43,764 nt of DNA from the NCBI GenBank assembly GCA_019058275.1, contig JAHLVW010000079.1:1-43764 (forward strand), in the 5' to 3' direction. How positions within the stretch are numbered: the first letter of the stretch is position 1; every line of letters begins with the position of its first letter. The DNA comes from Candidatus Heimdallarchaeota archaeon. Lineage in GTDB: Archaea; Asgardarchaeota; Heimdallarchaeia; JABLTI01. Positions 28,153 to 39,100 of the stretch are shown in pieces. Under the pieces are notes generated by a model. The model was not told the origin of the DNA. It saw only the letters and a list, made by a program, of their open reading frames with translations, and ran no database searches. Position numbers and translations under genes: made by a program.

Positions 28153-29430
28153 TTAGCTTTTGATAAATTTCTTAAACTGCTTCTCATCAATGATGTTTTT
28201 TAGTTTATTAACAACTTGCCAAATTTCGTGGTATGTGTTGTATAATGGTGAAGGTGCTATACGAATGATGTTTGGTAATCTAAAGTCAGGTACAACACCA
28301 CTTACTTTTAATGCTTCACATACTTCAAAAGCATATTCTTTTCTTTCTATTGCAATATGACCTCCCCTTCTATTCTGCTCTCTTTGGGAGCCTATTGTGA
28401 AATTGTACGGTTCATTTGTGAGCAATTCATCTATCAGGTAAATAAGATAAGAAGTCATTAGTAGAGAATTCTTTCGAATTGTTTCTATACCTGCTTCCAA
28501 AATTACATTTAATGCTCCTTCAATACCAGCAGCTCCTATAATTCCTGGAGAAGATATTTGCCATCGTCCTGCACTATTCGCAGGTTCAAATTCGATTGAC
28601 ATATTGAATTGAGTTTCTTTATTATTACCAAACCAACCTGTTAATCCTGGATAGGTATTGAAGTGTTTCTTATTTACATAAAGAAATGCTGGAGCACCAG
28701 GTCCTCCATTTAACCATTTGTAGCCACACCAAAAAGCAAAATCAACATCCCATTTGTTGAATTCATGAGGAATTACACCTACGGAATGACTACAATCAAA
28801 ACCTATCATAATTCCACGTTTGTGAGCTTCAGAAGTAAGATAAGGAATATCTAGCAACTGACTACTTCTATAAAGCACTGATGGAAGAACAATTAATGCT
28901 ACAGCATCAGTCATAAGCTCCACAATTTCTTTTTCTTCAAGAAATCTGCCATCCTTGCTTGGTGTAAGAACCAAATCTTTTGCAGGATCATATCCCTTTA
29001 AGAGGACTTGGCTTTTTAATGCATAAATATCAGTTGGAAAATTCAAAACATCTGCTAGAATCTTAGTTCGATTCTCTTTAGGGTTATAGAATGAACAGAC
29101 CAATGCATGGAGATTGATGGTTGTAGTACCAGTAGCTACAACTTCTTCTGGTTTAGCACCAACCATAGGTGCGATTAATGCTCCTAATTCTTCACTGAAA
29201 AAGAACCAAGGTTTTTCAGCTTCGAGCCAACCATTAATAGCCATAGATTTCCATTCATTAATAACTCTTAGAAGAGATTTTTCAGATTCTTTAGTCATTA
29301 ATCCAAGAGAATTTCCATCGACATAGATTTTATTTTCTGGTATGTAGAATTTTGAACGAAAATTAGACAATGGATTTTCTTTATCAAGTTTTATCGCAAA
29401 ATCTTCATTAGTTTCAAAGTTGTCTTTCAT
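28153..29430 (-). CDS. kynU: Kynureninase
   Basis: YVDGNSLG, FPTDIYA, FDCSHSVG, FAFWCGYKWLNGGPG (PLP lysine), GWFG, PDFR.PN.IRIAPSPLYN. Confidence 0.96.
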   Translation of the reverse strand: MKDNFETNEDFAIKLDKENPLSNFRSKFYIPENKIYVDGNSLGLMTKESEKSLLRVINEWKSMAINGWLEAEKPWFFFSEELGALIAPMVGAKPEEVVATGTTTINLHALVCSFYNPKENRTKILADVLNFPTDIYALKSQVLLKGYDPAKDLVLTPSKDGRFLEEKEIVELMTDAVALIVLPSVLYRSSQLLDIPYLTSEAHKRGIMIGFDCSHSVGVIPHEFNKWDVDFAFWCGYKWLNGGPGAPAFLYVNKKHFNTYPGLTGWFGNNKETQFNMSIEFEPANSAGRWQISSPGIIGAAGIEGALNVILEAGIETIRKNSLLMTSYLIYLIDELLTNEPYNFTIGSQREQNRRGGHIAIERKEYAFEVCEALKVSGVVPDFRLPNIIRIAPSPLYNTYHEIWQVVNKLKNIIDEKQFKKFIKS

Positions 29431-29673
29431 TGATATTCCTCGCTTGAATTACTACTTTTCTAGTGAAAAATCTTCTGATAATTTAATTGTTTTACCCAAA
29501 AAAAGTAATTTTCGAGGAAAAATATCGACAAAAATATAGGGAGAATCTAACTAGAAAGGGTACAGCATTTACTAGTGATGTAGTATAGATTTGCTACAAT
29601 GTTTTTATTATATCTTTGTTAAATATAGATTGTATACTCTTATGAGATTATGAATTTAAGAGAGTGATTTTAA

Positions 29674-30822
29674 ATGAATTTTAGAAAAATCCTAAGAAAC
29701 AAAAGAGCTGTGAGTGGTGCAATTGCTGCAGTTTTCTTAATTGGCGTTGCACTTTTCGCAGTTGGCATACTTTATAGCACATTAGATATGAGCTATGATT
29801 CGAAAGTTGACGATGCAGGAGTCATTTTTGCAGAGGATTACGATCGTGATGGCTTAATTGATACAATTACTTTACCATTAGTAAACAAAGGTATTTCAAA
29901 TGCTGATATTGAAAGCATTGTTGTAATACAAGCAGGTGTAGAATACTTGTGGTATTCAATGGACTCTGGTATTGATATGGGTTCAGTTGAAGAAATTACC
30001 ATGTATGCTCTAGGAGTTACTCAGCAAATTGAACCACTCCAAACATTCAATGTAGAAATTACTTTTGAGGATAGTGTTTATACATCATATGGATATGTTG
30101 TAACACTCCCAGCAGCAATTTCAGATGAAGTTGAAGGAGTAGTTGAACCTCCATTTGTAGCATATAATTCTCTGATTGGCAGAACTCTAGATGATGATGT
30201 TTATGCTAAGAAGAAATTCCCGGCTGATTTAGGATATTCTCCAAACCTCTGGTTCTTAGTTGGTGAATTTGAAGATGACAATAAAAAACCAGATCTAGAT
30301 CAAGATTACATTTCTCTATGTGGTAATGGTGATGAAGCAGATTTCTTCCCATTCCTAGCTGACCAAAGAGAATTCACAGAAGGAAATATTGGTACCCAAA
30401 GTAATAATCAAATCATTCCTTACAATGATTCTGGTGATCATCCTGGTTTAGTAGCAATTGACAAATATGGCAATTGGGACAAAAATGACAATCTAAACTG
30501 GGGTAAAAGAGGAATTGTCTATATGTGGACATACATCTACAATCCAGGTACAGAAGCTGTAACAACAAACTTCGGTGCTAACGGAGCCTCTGAATTCAAG
30601 ATTTGGTTAAATGGTGATTACATCTTAAATGGTGGCGGTAAAAAGAAGGACTGGTATACTATTAGTGATGTAAAATTAAATCCTGGACTTAACTTGGTTA
30701 TGGTTAAACTTTCAGCAAAAACAAATGCTCATTTTGCAGCACAAGTTTTGTTCTATGATTCACTTACCACCAGTCCATTAGCAGATTTATATTCAGTCTG
30801 GCCTACATTTACTGATCTTTAA
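29674..30822 (+). CDS. Archaeal type IV pilin-like (class III signal peptide) surface protein with PA14-like C-terminal domain
   Basis: RNKRA|VS followed by a hydrophobic helix; DYDRDG EF-hand-like motif; C-terminal Y.WTYIY...FKIWLNG...LNPGLN.VMVKL. Confidence 0.75.
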   Translation: MNFRKILRNKRAVSGAIAAVFLIGVALFAVGILYSTLDMSYDSKVDDAGVIFAEDYDRDGLIDTITLPLVNKGISNADIESIVVIQAGVEYLWYSMDSGIDMGSVEEITMYALGVTQQIEPLQTFNVEITFEDSVYTSYGYVVTLPAAISDEVEGVVEPPFVAYNSLIGRTLDDDVYAKKKFPADLGYSPNLWFLVGEFEDDNKKPDLDQDYISLCGNGDEADFFPFLADQREFTEGNIGTQSNNQIIPYNDSGDHPGLVAIDKYGNWDKNDNLNWGKRGIVYMWTYIYNPGTEAVTTNFGANGASEFKIWLNGDYILNGGGKKKDWYTISDVKLNPGLNLVMVKLSAKTNAHFAAQVLFYDSLTTSPLADLYSVWPTFTDL

Positions 30823-30832
30823 TTAGATGTCG

Positions 30833-30930
30833 ATCCTTAATAATCCCGAACATGAATAATATCTCTCCCATAAAAAATTCATAATCTCTTTTTTTGGGAC
30901 TATTAGGGATTTTCTTTTTTTCTTGTTTTT
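30833..30930 (+). terminator. Long stem-loop followed by a T tract after the pilin-like gene
   Basis: 30833-30850 pairs with 30893-30910 (18 bp, 1 mismatch, 2 G-U); inner ATGAAT/ATTCAT stem; followed by TTTCTTTTTTTT. Confidence 0.55.
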
Positions 30931-31005
30931 TTGAACATTATTACCATAGGATTTATTTTTATCAATTTGCCAAATGAAGTTACTATCTAATAGGTGGTAT
31001 AGTTC

Positions 31006-31626
31006 ATGAGAGTAATTCTTGTTAGACATGGAGAAACATCTTGGAATGTTGGGGAAACCAAATTTAGAGGCCAGATAGACATAGAGCTTTCTGATTTTGG
31101 TAAAAAGCAAGCAGAAGCAGTTGGGAAAGCATTAAGAGAAGAGAATATAGATTCAATATTGTTTAGTCCAATGTCTCGTTGTCAGGATACTGCAAATGCT
31201 ATTAAGAAATTTCAAGAGAAGTGTACTTTCAAGGAAGAACCTCTTTTAATAGATATCAACTTTGGTGACTGGCAAGGGAGAACACATTCAGAAATCTTCA
31301 AGGAAGATCCTGAAGCTCAATTATTCTGGAATGAACAACCTGAAAATTTAGTTTTTCCTAATGGTGAAACCTGGTATAGTATTTATGATCGTCTTGATAA
31401 ACTGTTTAAGAAATTAAGAAAGCAGAAAGACAAGGTTGTGGTTCTTGTTTCTCATAGAGTAGTGCTTAATATTCTAATGCTTTATCTAATTGGATTAGAT
31501 CCATCTCATTTTTGGAATTTTCATTTTGATAATGCATCAATATCGGAAATAAAGCTTGAAATGAATGGTTCTTTTCGAGTAATGAAATTAAATGATACAC
31601 ATCATTTAACAAAGAAGAGCTTATAA
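31006..31626 (+). CDS. Histidine phosphatase (phosphoglycerate mutase/CobC-like)
   Basis: LVRHGET, FGDWQG, PNGET, VSH, DNASIS, LNDTHHL. Confidence 0.93.
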   Translation: MRVILVRHGETSWNVGETKFRGQIDIELSDFGKKQAEAVGKALREENIDSILFSPMSRCQDTANAIKKFQEKCTFKEEPLLIDINFGDWQGRTHSEIFKEDPEAQLFWNEQPENLVFPNGETWYSIYDRLDKLFKKLRKQKDKVVVLVSHRVVLNILMLYLIGLDPSHFWNFHFDNASISEIKLEMNGSFRVMKLNDTHHLTKKSL

Positions 31627-31665
31627 AGGACCATATCAAAGTTTTGAAAGAAATTTCCACTAGAG

Positions 31666-32544
31666 GTGCAATCTATTAACGGAAATTATTACAAAAGATT
31701 TTATGCTAATGTAGCAAAACAAGAAAAAGAGAAACTTTACCAGTTTAGAGAAACCCATAGCTATAAAACCCTTGATATAAATGGTAATGAGTGGAGTTAT
31801 TTATTTTCAGGAAAAGGGGATGAAATAATACTTTTATTAACAGGTGGATCAAGAGCAGGTGAATCTTTTTCATTATTTCCTGAATTAGAAAAACATTACA
31901 GAGTTATTTCTCCAACTTATCCTATTGTAGATGAAATAGAAACTCTCGTAATAGATATTGAAGAGATTCTTAAAAAAGAGAAATTGAAAACAATAATTCT
32001 TTTTGGAAAATCATTAGGTGGGATGATTAGTCAAGTCTTTGTTCGCAAATACCCAAATAGAGTTAGCAAATTAATTATAGCTAATACTATGTCGCCCAAT
32101 CCGAAATACAATAGACGAAGTAAAATAACTACAATGTTCCTAAAGGTTTTACCAAGAAGAGTTGTAAGAAAACTAGCAGAAAATCATCTCTTACAATTAT
32201 GGAATGAAGCGCAGGAAGAAGAAAGAGATTTTTGGACTGCGTATTATAAAGAATTATTATACACATATATGCCCAAGGAGTGGATTATCTCACAATTCAA
32301 ACTCTCATATGATTTTAGTAACAATTATCAATTTTCACCAGATGATTTAAAGAAATGGGATGGGAAGATGTTGATTATTGATTCTGAATTTGATGAAATA
32401 TTTGGTTCTAGTTTACAACGAGAACTCGAGATGTTATATCCACAAGCAACCAAACATACAATAGAAAATGCAGGACATTCTCCGACATTAAGTAAGAAGA
32501 AAGAATATCTCTCAGCAGTTTTTGACTTTCTGCAGAAAAGTTAA
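31666..32544 (+). CDS. Alpha/beta hydrolase
   Basis: GKSLGG nucleophile elbow, acid near SEFDEI, C-terminal AGH. Confidence 0.9.
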   Translation: MQSINGNYYKRFYANVAKQEKEKLYQFRETHSYKTLDINGNEWSYLFSGKGDEIILLLTGGSRAGESFSLFPELEKHYRVISPTYPIVDEIETLVIDIEEILKKEKLKTIILFGKSLGGMISQVFVRKYPNRVSKLIIANTMSPNPKYNRRSKITTMFLKVLPRRVVRKLAENHLLQLWNEAQEEERDFWTAYYKELLYTYMPKEWIISQFKLSYDFSNNYQFSPDDLKKWDGKMLIIDSEFDEIFGSSLQRELEMLYPQATKHTIENAGHSPTLSKKKEYLSAVFDFLQKS

Positions 32545-32545
32545 A

Positions 32546-34387
32546 CTACAAAAATCGAGCAAGGCCATTTCTCTTGAGTTCCCTTTTTGAAGGAATGCCT
32601 GTTTTTTGATCATAATCTCGGTATCCATACCATTCTTCTAATTGCAGTTCTAGATCAGGAACATTTCCTTTTGTTGGACCATCTAATTTTTGCAGCATAA
32701 CTTTTGGCATGATTTCCATAGAAGGGGTCCAACCCAATTCTATGTTTATTAGACGTTTAATAGAAAATAAGCGATCTCCTATGGTTACAAGATCACTTGT
32801 TAAGATATGCTCACTCATAGCCATAGACAAAAGCTTTGCAATAGTTGAGGGAGGAGGATTATAAAATTGGCAAACACCCATTGCATTGTATAGTTGTCTA
32901 TAGCTTTGTAATCTAGTAATTGGTTTAACCACCCCTTCACTGCTATGACGATTAGTTGGAAAGTTATCTACTCCTATCTCAGGAAATTGGTAACCTTGTT
33001 GTGCAAAATATGCATCGCCATTTAAATGGCAAGCACCCCTTGGACTTGTTGCATAGACTACTGCTAAACCACTAAATGCTCTAGGATCATGAAAAGGTGA
33101 TTCTAGACCAGCAATTTGTGGTGCTAAATCGATATTATCATACTTCTCAGCAAGAGCTTTACTTCCATCTGCGAGGGGTTCTCCTATACCCTTTCTATAT
33201 GCTATTAGCTTCAATAAAGCTAATAATGATGTAATGTCACCGAATTTACAAGAAAGGTTAACAGGCAAATCACTTTTAGGAACAATCCCTTTTTCTACCA
33301 AATCAAAAAGTACACCAATTGTAGACCCTGAGCTTATCGTATCAAAACCATAATCATTAGCTAAGTAATTTGCGTAGCTAACAGCTTCAAGGTTAGTTAT
33401 TTCTAAATTCGAACCAAGCGAAGCCAAAGTTTCAAACTCAGGTCCGTCATTTTCTTTCATTTTGTATTTGCCTGTCTCAATTTCAATTTTCCTACCGCAA
33501 GCAATTGGACATCGAAAACAAGTAGATTTCCCTGTCAAAATAGTTTCAGACATTGTAGTACCAGAAAGATTCTTACCATTTTCAATTGTACCTTTGGACC
33601 AATTTCTGATTGGCATGTCACCATATAAATCCAATGCGACATCTACATAACCCGCAGTACCAAAATCACTGAAAACCTCTGCAGCAAAATCCTCTTGAAC
33701 AGCTTTGTATCCTTGTTTTGAAATGATACTGAATTCCAAGGGTAAATCGAATTTTCTGTTAGAACCACTTATTGCAATTGCTTTAAGATTTTTCAAACCC
33801 ATGACAGTGCCCATCCCTGTTCGTCCAGCAGCTCTTCCTCCTGTTGTCATTATACAAGCATATTTTACTAAATTCTCTCCAGCAGGTCCAATACAAACAA
33901 TTTCGTATTTCTTATCTTGTAACTCACTTTGAATTCTTTCTAATGTTTCATATGTTCCTAATCCCCAAAAGTCTTGAGCATCCTTTATTTCGACATTAGA
34001 ATTATTAATTTTTAAAAAGACAGGTGTTTCTGAACTACCCTCAATTATTATTCCGTCAAAACCTGAGAATTTTAAAGTGGGACCTATTTTACCACCAATA
34101 TTTGCTTCGCCCCAAATACCTGTAAGAGGGGACCTAGCACAAAAATTAGATCTTGCTGTACAATATGATGGTAAACCAGTTAGCACACCTGTCATGAAGT
34201 ACAAGTCATTTTGAGGTGATAATGGATCCGGGATAATTCCTTGATGTTTGATTTTCTTCCAAAAGTAATATGCAGCTAATCCGCTCCCACCAATAAAACT
34301 AGTTGCAACATCAAAATCTAGTTTCTCTTGTTGTATGGATTTGTTAGTTAGATTAACTCTTAGTACTTTTCCACGGAAGCCTGACAT
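32546..34387 (-). CDS. aor: Aldehyde:ferredoxin oxidoreductase (tungstopterin)
   Basis: GKVLRVNLT, RSPLTG, CIGPAGENLV, AAGRTGMG, CFRCPIACG, GPEFET, HDPR, RGACH. Confidence 0.95.
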   Translation of the reverse strand: MSGFRGKVLRVNLTNKSIQQEKLDFDVATSFIGGSGLAAYYFWKKIKHQGIIPDPLSPQNDLYFMTGVLTGLPSYCTARSNFCARSPLTGIWGEANIGGKIGPTLKFSGFDGIIIEGSSETPVFLKINNSNVEIKDAQDFWGLGTYETLERIQSELQDKKYEIVCIGPAGENLVKYACIMTTGGRAAGRTGMGTVMGLKNLKAIAISGSNRKFDLPLEFSIISKQGYKAVQEDFAAEVFSDFGTAGYVDVALDLYGDMPIRNWSKGTIENGKNLSGTTMSETILTGKSTCFRCPIACGRKIEIETGKYKMKENDGPEFETLASLGSNLEITNLEAVSYANYLANDYGFDTISSGSTIGVLFDLVEKGIVPKSDLPVNLSCKFGDITSLLALLKLIAYRKGIGEPLADGSKALAEKYDNIDLAPQIAGLESPFHDPRAFSGLAVVYATSPRGACHLNGDAYFAQQGYQFPEIGVDNFPTNRHSSEGVVKPITRLQSYRQLYNAMGVCQFYNPPPSTIAKLLSMAMSEHILTSDLVTIGDRLFSIKRLINIELGWTPSMEIMPKVMLQKLDGPTKGNVPDLELQLEEWYGYRDYDQKTGIPSKRELKRNGLARFL

Positions 34388-34451
34388 TTTAACACCTTAA
34401 CCTAAATAGTTAATTTAATACACAAGTAATCAATCAAGTCAAATTTTGAGT

Positions 34452-34868
34452 TTAAAGAAACTTGGTTTCAATTTTTTGTGCAGTTGCTATAAGTTCTTGA
34501 GCAGCTTTTACAGCCCGTAAAACTTTCATTTTATTTCCAACTAGTTTGAATTTTCTCATCAGGATTCCTTTAATTGGATCAATTTCACCATTTATCAATT
34601 TGATCCAGTTTGAATATATTCCAACGTACTGAAATTCTGATTCAGGAAGTTTATCACCTTCTTTGTAATAAGCAACTTTTCGACATTCTCCATGCCATAA
34701 GTCAACATGAAAGATAAACTTCTCTTTTAAACCACCATCTGGTTCTACAACGAATAAGAAATCTCCTTCCCAGTCACTAGCAGCTTCTTGCCAATCTTTT
34801 GCTTCGTCACTATTCAGTTTATCTTTAAATGCTTGAATCCATTCTAGCGTATGAAAATCAATTGCCAT
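34452..34868 (-). CDS. SCP2 (sterol carrier protein 2) lipid-binding domain protein
   Basis: F.T.EW..AF...LN, DWEGDF, DLWHGEC, W..LI.GE.DP...I...K.KL.G pattern. Confidence 0.88.
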   Translation of the reverse strand: MAIDFHTLEWIQAFKDKLNSDEAKDWQEAASDWEGDFLFVVEPDGGLKEKFIFHVDLWHGECRKVAYYKEGDKLPESEFQYVGIYSNWIKLINGEIDPIKGILMRKFKLVGNKMKVLRAVKAAQELIATAQKIETKFL

Positions 34869-34974
34869 TTTAATTTATATCTCCTGCGAAATATTCTAGA
34901 TAATTATAACAAGTCTCTTTTTAAATGTTAATTATGAGCATTTAAAATAGAAAAGAAAGAGAAAATAAGAAGAA

Positions 34975-35256
34975 TTATTCATAATATTCTTCTCTGGAAA
35001 TTTGGAAAATAACAGGATTGTATCCATCCGGACAAGCATGAGTTACTTTATCCTTATCTTTTAACCATGGAAAATTAGCTTCATATTTCATAGCAAAAAT
35101 TTTTGGTAGTAAAGAGTACATTGCTGAAAGACAAAGTCTACCTTTCATTTCTTCATCTTCAAAAATTACTTTATCGCCAACTTTGTGACCAGAAGCACAA
35201 TCACCCTTTTGAGAAATAACTTCAACAACAATTCGTTCGTATGGCAAACATATCAC
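34975..35256 (-). CDS. TIGR04076-family small Cys-rich protein
   Basis: KGDCASGHKVGD...LCLSA...CPDGYNPVIF. Confidence 0.85.
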   Translation of the reverse strand: MICLPYERIVVEVISQKGDCASGHKVGDKVIFEDEEMKGRLCLSAMYSLLPKIFAMKYEANFPWLKDKDKVTHACPDGYNPVIFQISREEYYE

Positions 35257-35327
35257 CTAATTTACAATTTAATCGATGTTTTAAAAGAATTAGGTAACAA
35301 AACAAAAGGAAGATATAACAAGTGTAT

Positions 35328-36035
35328 TTATTTGATTAGATTTTGTTTTTCTTTTGGAAGAAAGGCATAAAGAATAATTTTTATTTGATTAGCGATTACT
35401 TCCTCAAATTTCTCATCTGTTAATGGTTCTCGCATTGGAAAAAGAGGACTCCTAATAACCAAAGGAAGAAAGAGTGAAAGTACTGTAGTAGTACAGTCTT
35501 CAGGTTTAAGGTCTTTTTTTAAGAAGCCATCCTTTTGACAGCGTTTAAAATAAGTCGTAAAAACATCATGAATTTTCAATTCATCATAGAGAATTTTATC
35601 ATATGGTTCATTTTTATATTCTTGGAATTTTTTGTCAGCTTCAATCAGATACTTTGGTATTTGATCTCCCTCTTTTGTCATAAACATCATAAAATAGGGG
35701 AATTCCCTAATTCTATTAATATACAGAGTTCCGATTAAAGGAAGGGAAGTTGTTAAATCAGTAACCATAGCATTTATTGATTGTAGGAATTCCTTGAATG
35801 ATCTAGTAACTATTGGCACATAATGTTCAAATATCCCTTGTAGTACCTTAGTTTTATTCTTGAAGTATCGATAAAGAATAACCTCTGAAATTCTTTCTTC
35901 TTTCGCAATTAAACGCATGCTAACAGAATCATAACCACTAAGAGCAATTAATTTTAGAGCAGTATGTAGTATTGATTCCTTTCTCTGATCCTTTCTTAAT
36001 CTCTTCGCGAATTCTCTTACCATGCTACTCATCAC
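35328..36035 (-). CDS. TetR/AcrR-family transcriptional regulator
   Basis: RKESILHTALKLIALSGYDSVSMRLIAKEERISEVILYRYFKNK HTH; divergent from the MMPL gene. Confidence 0.92.
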   Translation of the reverse strand: MMSSMVREFAKRLRKDQRKESILHTALKLIALSGYDSVSMRLIAKEERISEVILYRYFKNKTKVLQGIFEHYVPIVTRSFKEFLQSINAMVTDLTTSLPLIGTLYINRIREFPYFMMFMTKEGDQIPKYLIEADKKFQEYKNEPYDKILYDELKIHDVFTTYFKRCQKDGFLKKDLKPEDCTTTVLSLFLPLVIRSPLFPMREPLTDEKFEEVIANQIKIILYAFLPKEKQNLIK

Positions 36036-36071
36036 TTATAAATAACAGTTAAGTTAATAAAAAGGTTATTC

Positions 36072-36095
36072 TAAGTTAATACTAGTATTAACTTA
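36072..36095. promoter_or_regulatory. Perfect 24-bp palindrome, candidate TetR operator
   Basis: TAAGTTAATACT|AGTATTAACTTA between the divergent TetR and MMPL genes; extra half-site TAAGTTAATA at 36050-36059. Confidence 0.85.
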
Positions 36096-36149
36096 ATCTC
36101 ATCCAGGATATGGGAAAGGAAAAACACTCATGAATGTCAATATACGAAG

Positions 36150-39100
36150 ATGAATAGTTTGGAGAAAGAGAGAAAGTCAGAAAAAAAGAAACCAAGATTC
36201 CAAAGATTGGGAATTTTTGTAACAGACAATTATAAGATAATACTCATTGTTTGGTTATTCATTCTTGGTTCAGCTGTCTATCCTGCAATAAGATTACAAA
36301 AAGTATTAAGCTACAATGAATTGGAATTTTTGCCTGATAATCTAGAGTATCATGAAGGAGAAGTTATATTCAATGAGCTTTTCCCTTCAAACTCAACTGG
36401 AAACACAATCATAGTAATTCAATCAAACTCTTCAATTACCTCGCAAGAGATTCTAGATTATATAGAAGCCTTAACTGAGAGAATTTACCAAGATTATAGT
36501 GATAGCATTTTAGATTTGCAAAGTATATTGACTGTTTTCAATGGCTATAATGATTCTTATTGGGATTTAATGAATAGTGCTAAACTAATTTTGAATGAGA
36601 CATTATATAATGAAATTAACATAGCGAATCAAGCAATGTATACAGCTAAAACTGAAATAGAAGATTTATGGAATCAGATTTCAGTACTTTATCTTCTTTC
36701 TTGGTTTAATATCTCAAGAACATATTATTATGGTGTATATAATACATCGCTATTTGATTCTGGACCATCCTCTTCTGTCTATCAAACAGTAGCATTAGAA
36801 ACGAATTTTACAGATGATATGTCAATTACAGAAGAGTATATTGATCTAGTTTATAATTCAATACTTAGTAATCTTCCAGATCCTTATCTACTAAATGATC
36901 AAGAATTACATGGTATTGTTTTAGAAATTGTCAATGCTACATTATTCCAAGAAATCAATGATGTTGAAAGCATGTCAATTGAAACCTATAATGAGGAAAT
37001 TTATCCTTATCTTTTTGCTTACTATAATAATTGGACTGATGCCTTTTATCAACAAATAACTGATATGAGATATAGCATTGTTAATGGTACTCATCTAAGT
37101 TCTAATATGTATTCTAACACAACTATTCCAAATGCATATCTGAGTCAGAATATAGTTTTAGCAACACTTCAAAGTATCAATAATACTTCTTATTCGGGGT
37201 TTGATGTAAAATCGATAATTCTCTTAGAAACCCTTGAATCATTGGATATGACAATACTCATTGAAGAATTTGTCACTTATCTACCTATTTCAATAGAAGA
37301 ATTGGAATCCAATATTGAACCATTATTACCCATATTTGTAGAGCAAATATACAATTTAGGACCTAATCCTTCAACATTAGCTTTAACAACTTTGACAACA
37401 GAGATGATTAATCAAATAACAGATATTATTACTCTACTTTATCCACCAATTGAATCAATTGATGATTTACCAGAAATAGTCTCACAATGGGTATTAAGTG
37501 AAGATGGAAAAACAAGCCTTTTGCTTGTAATGTATAATGGTTTTGGTAAAACATTAGATGAAATAGATCAAATGGTAAAAGCAGGTGATGCAGGAATAGG
37601 ACAACTAGCTCATGATCTTGCAGATGAAATGAACTTAGTAGGAACCAATATTTATCACACTGGTGATGAAATGGTTACAAATACTTGGGTGACTCTTACT
37701 GGTGAAGATGCCATGATAATAGATATCTTCACCATTGTTTTTGTTCTAATAATTTTGTTAGTTGTTTTCTGCAGTATTGTTGCTCCTTTAATTCCACTTA
37801 TTGCTATAGGTTCATCAATAACAGTTTCAATGGCTATTTTATGGTTCATTTCTTTTGGGATGGATATTCATTTTCTTGCTGTATTGTTTCTTACAATAAC
37901 ATCACTTGGCGCGGGTGTTGATTACTGTATTTTCATTTTCTCCAGATATAATGAAGAACGAAAGAAGGATTATACAAAACAAGAAGCAATGATAACAGCA
38001 ATGACCTATGCTGGTGAGTCTGTTTTCCATTCTGGTTTAACGGTTATGGTCGGTTTTGGGGCAATGATAATACCTAATTTTCCTTTGTTGAGAGTTCTGG
38101 GGATAGCAATGGTGGTTGGTATAACTATCTCTATGAGCTCTGCATTGATAGTAGTACCAGCAATGATAATGCTTCTAGGAGATGTCGTTTGGTGGCCTAG
38201 AATATTACAGGTCGTATTTAGACCACAAAAATGGTTTAAAGGAAAGGAAAAAGCTACTCTAGAAAATGAACTTGAAAATGTTCCAGAAGGTACATCTATT
38301 ATTAAGAAAAAAGAAAATGAGCAACAGGAACACAAAAAGAACATTATGATAAGATTTTCTAATTTCATTACAAAAAATGGGTTAATAATTACAACATTAA
38401 CACTTGTATCAGTTGTTCCCTTTATTTATTTCACAGCAACCATGGAAACAAGTACTGATTTTATGGGGATGCTTCCAAAAGACTTTGAAGGAACTATAGG
38501 AAGATATATTCTTTCTGAAGCAATGACTGTGGGTGATCCAACATCAATTAATATTTTATTCTATGATTTAAACCAAAGTCCCTTAGAGTATGATCTAAGA
38601 ATTCAGACAGCAATTATAACAGAATCTCTAATGACAATAGATCATGTAAGCACAATACGGGCAACTGTACGTCCACTTGGATTACTAATGATAGATGCCA
38701 TTGATGGTCCTTTTGAAAGTTATACTAGATCTTTCGTAGGAAAGGACAATAGGTCGATGTTAATTGAAATCTATATTGATAAATCCCCATATGCAAAAGA
38801 AACAGAGGATTTTCTAAGTATTTTACCGACTATACTTACAGATTTAATTGACAGTCGAAACTTAGATTTGATAGCTGAAGGAAAAATACATTATCTTGGT
38901 TATGGACAAGCACTTTACGAAATTAAGCAAGTTACAGATGGATCCTATCCTATTGTTATCCCGATTGTAATCGTTGGTGTATATTTAGTATTATTCTTCC
39001 TATTTGGTTCATATTTTACACCTATCAGATTAATTCTAACAATTACAATGGGTATAGGAATTACTCTTGGGCTTTTGCAATTAGTATTTGCAATAGGATT

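Noticed and set aside
29566-29581. ACTAGT-centred site resembling the TetR operator core, upstream of the pilin-like gene
   Set aside because: Symmetry does not extend beyond the 6-bp core, which is expected by chance.
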